From Chloroflexota bacterium (GTDB lineage: Bacteria; Chloroflexota; Limnocylindria; QHBO01), in NCBI GenBank assembly GCA_029865285.1, contig JAOUHE010000001.1:1-35745 (forward strand): a stretch of DNA of 35,745 nt, read 5' to 3'. This document shows positions 35,171-35,745 of the stretch, piece by piece (the first letter of the stretch is position 1; each line of letters begins with the position of its first letter). A program made the translations under genes and the position numbers. The notes below the pieces were generated by a model that ran no database searches, was not told the origin of the DNA, and saw only the letters and a program-made list of their open reading frames with translations.

Positions 35171-35524
35171 TCAGACCTCCGTCGGGCCGAGGGGCGGTGG
35201 CGCGGCAGGCTCCCTGGACGCCGGCTTCGGCTCCTTGAGCTCGACGAAGATCACGTGCGTCTCGCTGTCGCCGATGTTCTCGCCGACATGGCGCTGAGCG
35301 GCCAGCCACCGGGTCAGGCCAGGCTCGAACGCCATATCGGTGCTGTTCGTCCCATCACTCAGGCGACGGCGGAATGCGCTCAGCGTGACCATGACGCTGT
35401 CCGGGTGGTCATGCGGCGTGGTCTTGTCGCCGGGTCGATCTCGGTACTCGAGGACGCGGACGCGCTCGTTCTCCATCTCCACGTGATACAGCTCAGGGTT
35501 GGTCAGGACGGGGTCATCATGCAT
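35171..35524 (-). CDS. Cupin-domain protein
   Basis: 117 aa. VRVLEYRDRPGDKTTPHDHPDSVMVTL ... HVGENIGDSETHVIFVELK has the two-motif cupin layout (H-x-H ... G ... H). It lies 27 nt downstream of the msrA stop on the same strand. Confidence 0.65.
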   Translation of the reverse strand: MHDDPVLTNPELYHVEMENERVRVLEYRDRPGDKTTPHDHPDSVMVTLSAFRRRLSDGTNSTDMAFEPGLTRWLAAQRHVGENIGDSETHVIFVELKEPKPASREPAAPPPLGPTEV

Positions 35525-35551
35525 GCGGGCAAGACTATCGGGTCCGCCCGT

Positions 35552-35745
35552 CCTACGCTTTCACCCCAAGCCCGACAGGGCACGCCACGCCGGTGCCGTG
35601 GTCGGGACAATACCCGTTTGGGTTCTTGGCGAGGTACTGCTGGTGGTAGTCCTCGGCGAAGTAGAACTCCGGCGCGTCGACGATCTCGGTCGTGATCGGT
35701 CCATAGCCGGCCTTCGTCAACTCGGCCTGGTAGGCGTCACGTGAC
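35552..35745 (-). pseudogene. msrA: Peptide-methionine (S)-S-oxide reductase MsrA, 3' end, with an apparent +1 frameshift (gene continues beyond the window)
   Basis: Not in the ORF track because no start lies within the window. One frame reads [48 protein letters not shown] (stop at 35552..35554), the conserved MsrA C-terminus. That frame is closed just upstream by a TGA. The MsrA-like continuation from the window edge, [15 protein letters not shown], is in a different frame. The two frames meet at the GGG run (plus-strand CCC 35700..35702). Confidence 0.65.

Noticed and set aside
1-35745. Searched for defence systems, CRISPR repeats, transposases/integrases, prophage genes and long direct or inverted repeats
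   Set aside because: No regularly spaced repeats, no recombinase/transposase/nuclease-like ORFs and no terminal inverted repeats were seen by eye. The only helicase is a housekeeping-type DEAD-box RhlE-like protein. A computational repeat and HMM scan would be needed to exclude subtle cases.

Overview
A 35.7 kb, very GC-rich bacterial chromosomal segment, with G or C at most third codon positions by eye. It is gene-dense and coded on both strands. GTG/TTG starts, lipobox lipoproteins and an RND pump without adaptor or outer-membrane genes suggest a high-GC monoderm-type lineage (Actinomycetota or Chloroflexota); this is a guess. I support 32 protein-coding or pseudogene features. I found no rRNA, tRNA, CRISPR array, transposase, integrase or phage genes.

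Main modules:
1. A tightly coupled four-subunit 2-oxoacid:ferredoxin oxidoreductase operon, order delta-alpha-beta-gamma (418..3170, minus).
2. An orphan membrane-anchored protein built from about seven 16-residue repeats (3370..3930).
3. An amidohydrolase, then an RND permease followed directly by an ECF sigma factor, a zf-HC2 anti-sigma factor and a beta-propeller lipoprotein (6005..11470). This run converges on an SH3 / Asp-box propeller / Cys-rich surface protein.
4. A DEAD-box helicase with a long leader.
5. A divergent pair of secreted proteins: CRTAC1-like FG-GAP/ASPIC and PAP2/vanadium-haloperoxidase-like (16929..20616).
6. A xylose island (20638..30124): ROK regulator, xylFHG, xylAB, plus a divergent SDR and Gfo/Idh/MocA dehydrogenase pair.
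7. A DrrAB-like ABC-2 exporter divergent from an unusual 935-aa three-domain oxidoreductase fusion (32214..35021).
8. A cupin gene and a frameshifted msrA 3' end at the window edge.

The candidates I rank highest for something undescribed are the fusion oxidoreductase with its exporter, the RND/sigma/anti-sigma/propeller unit, the 16-residue-repeat protein, and the CRTAC1/haloperoxidase-like pair.

All family calls come from motif recognition by eye, not from searches. The many long ORFs antisense to real genes are treated as high-GC artefacts.
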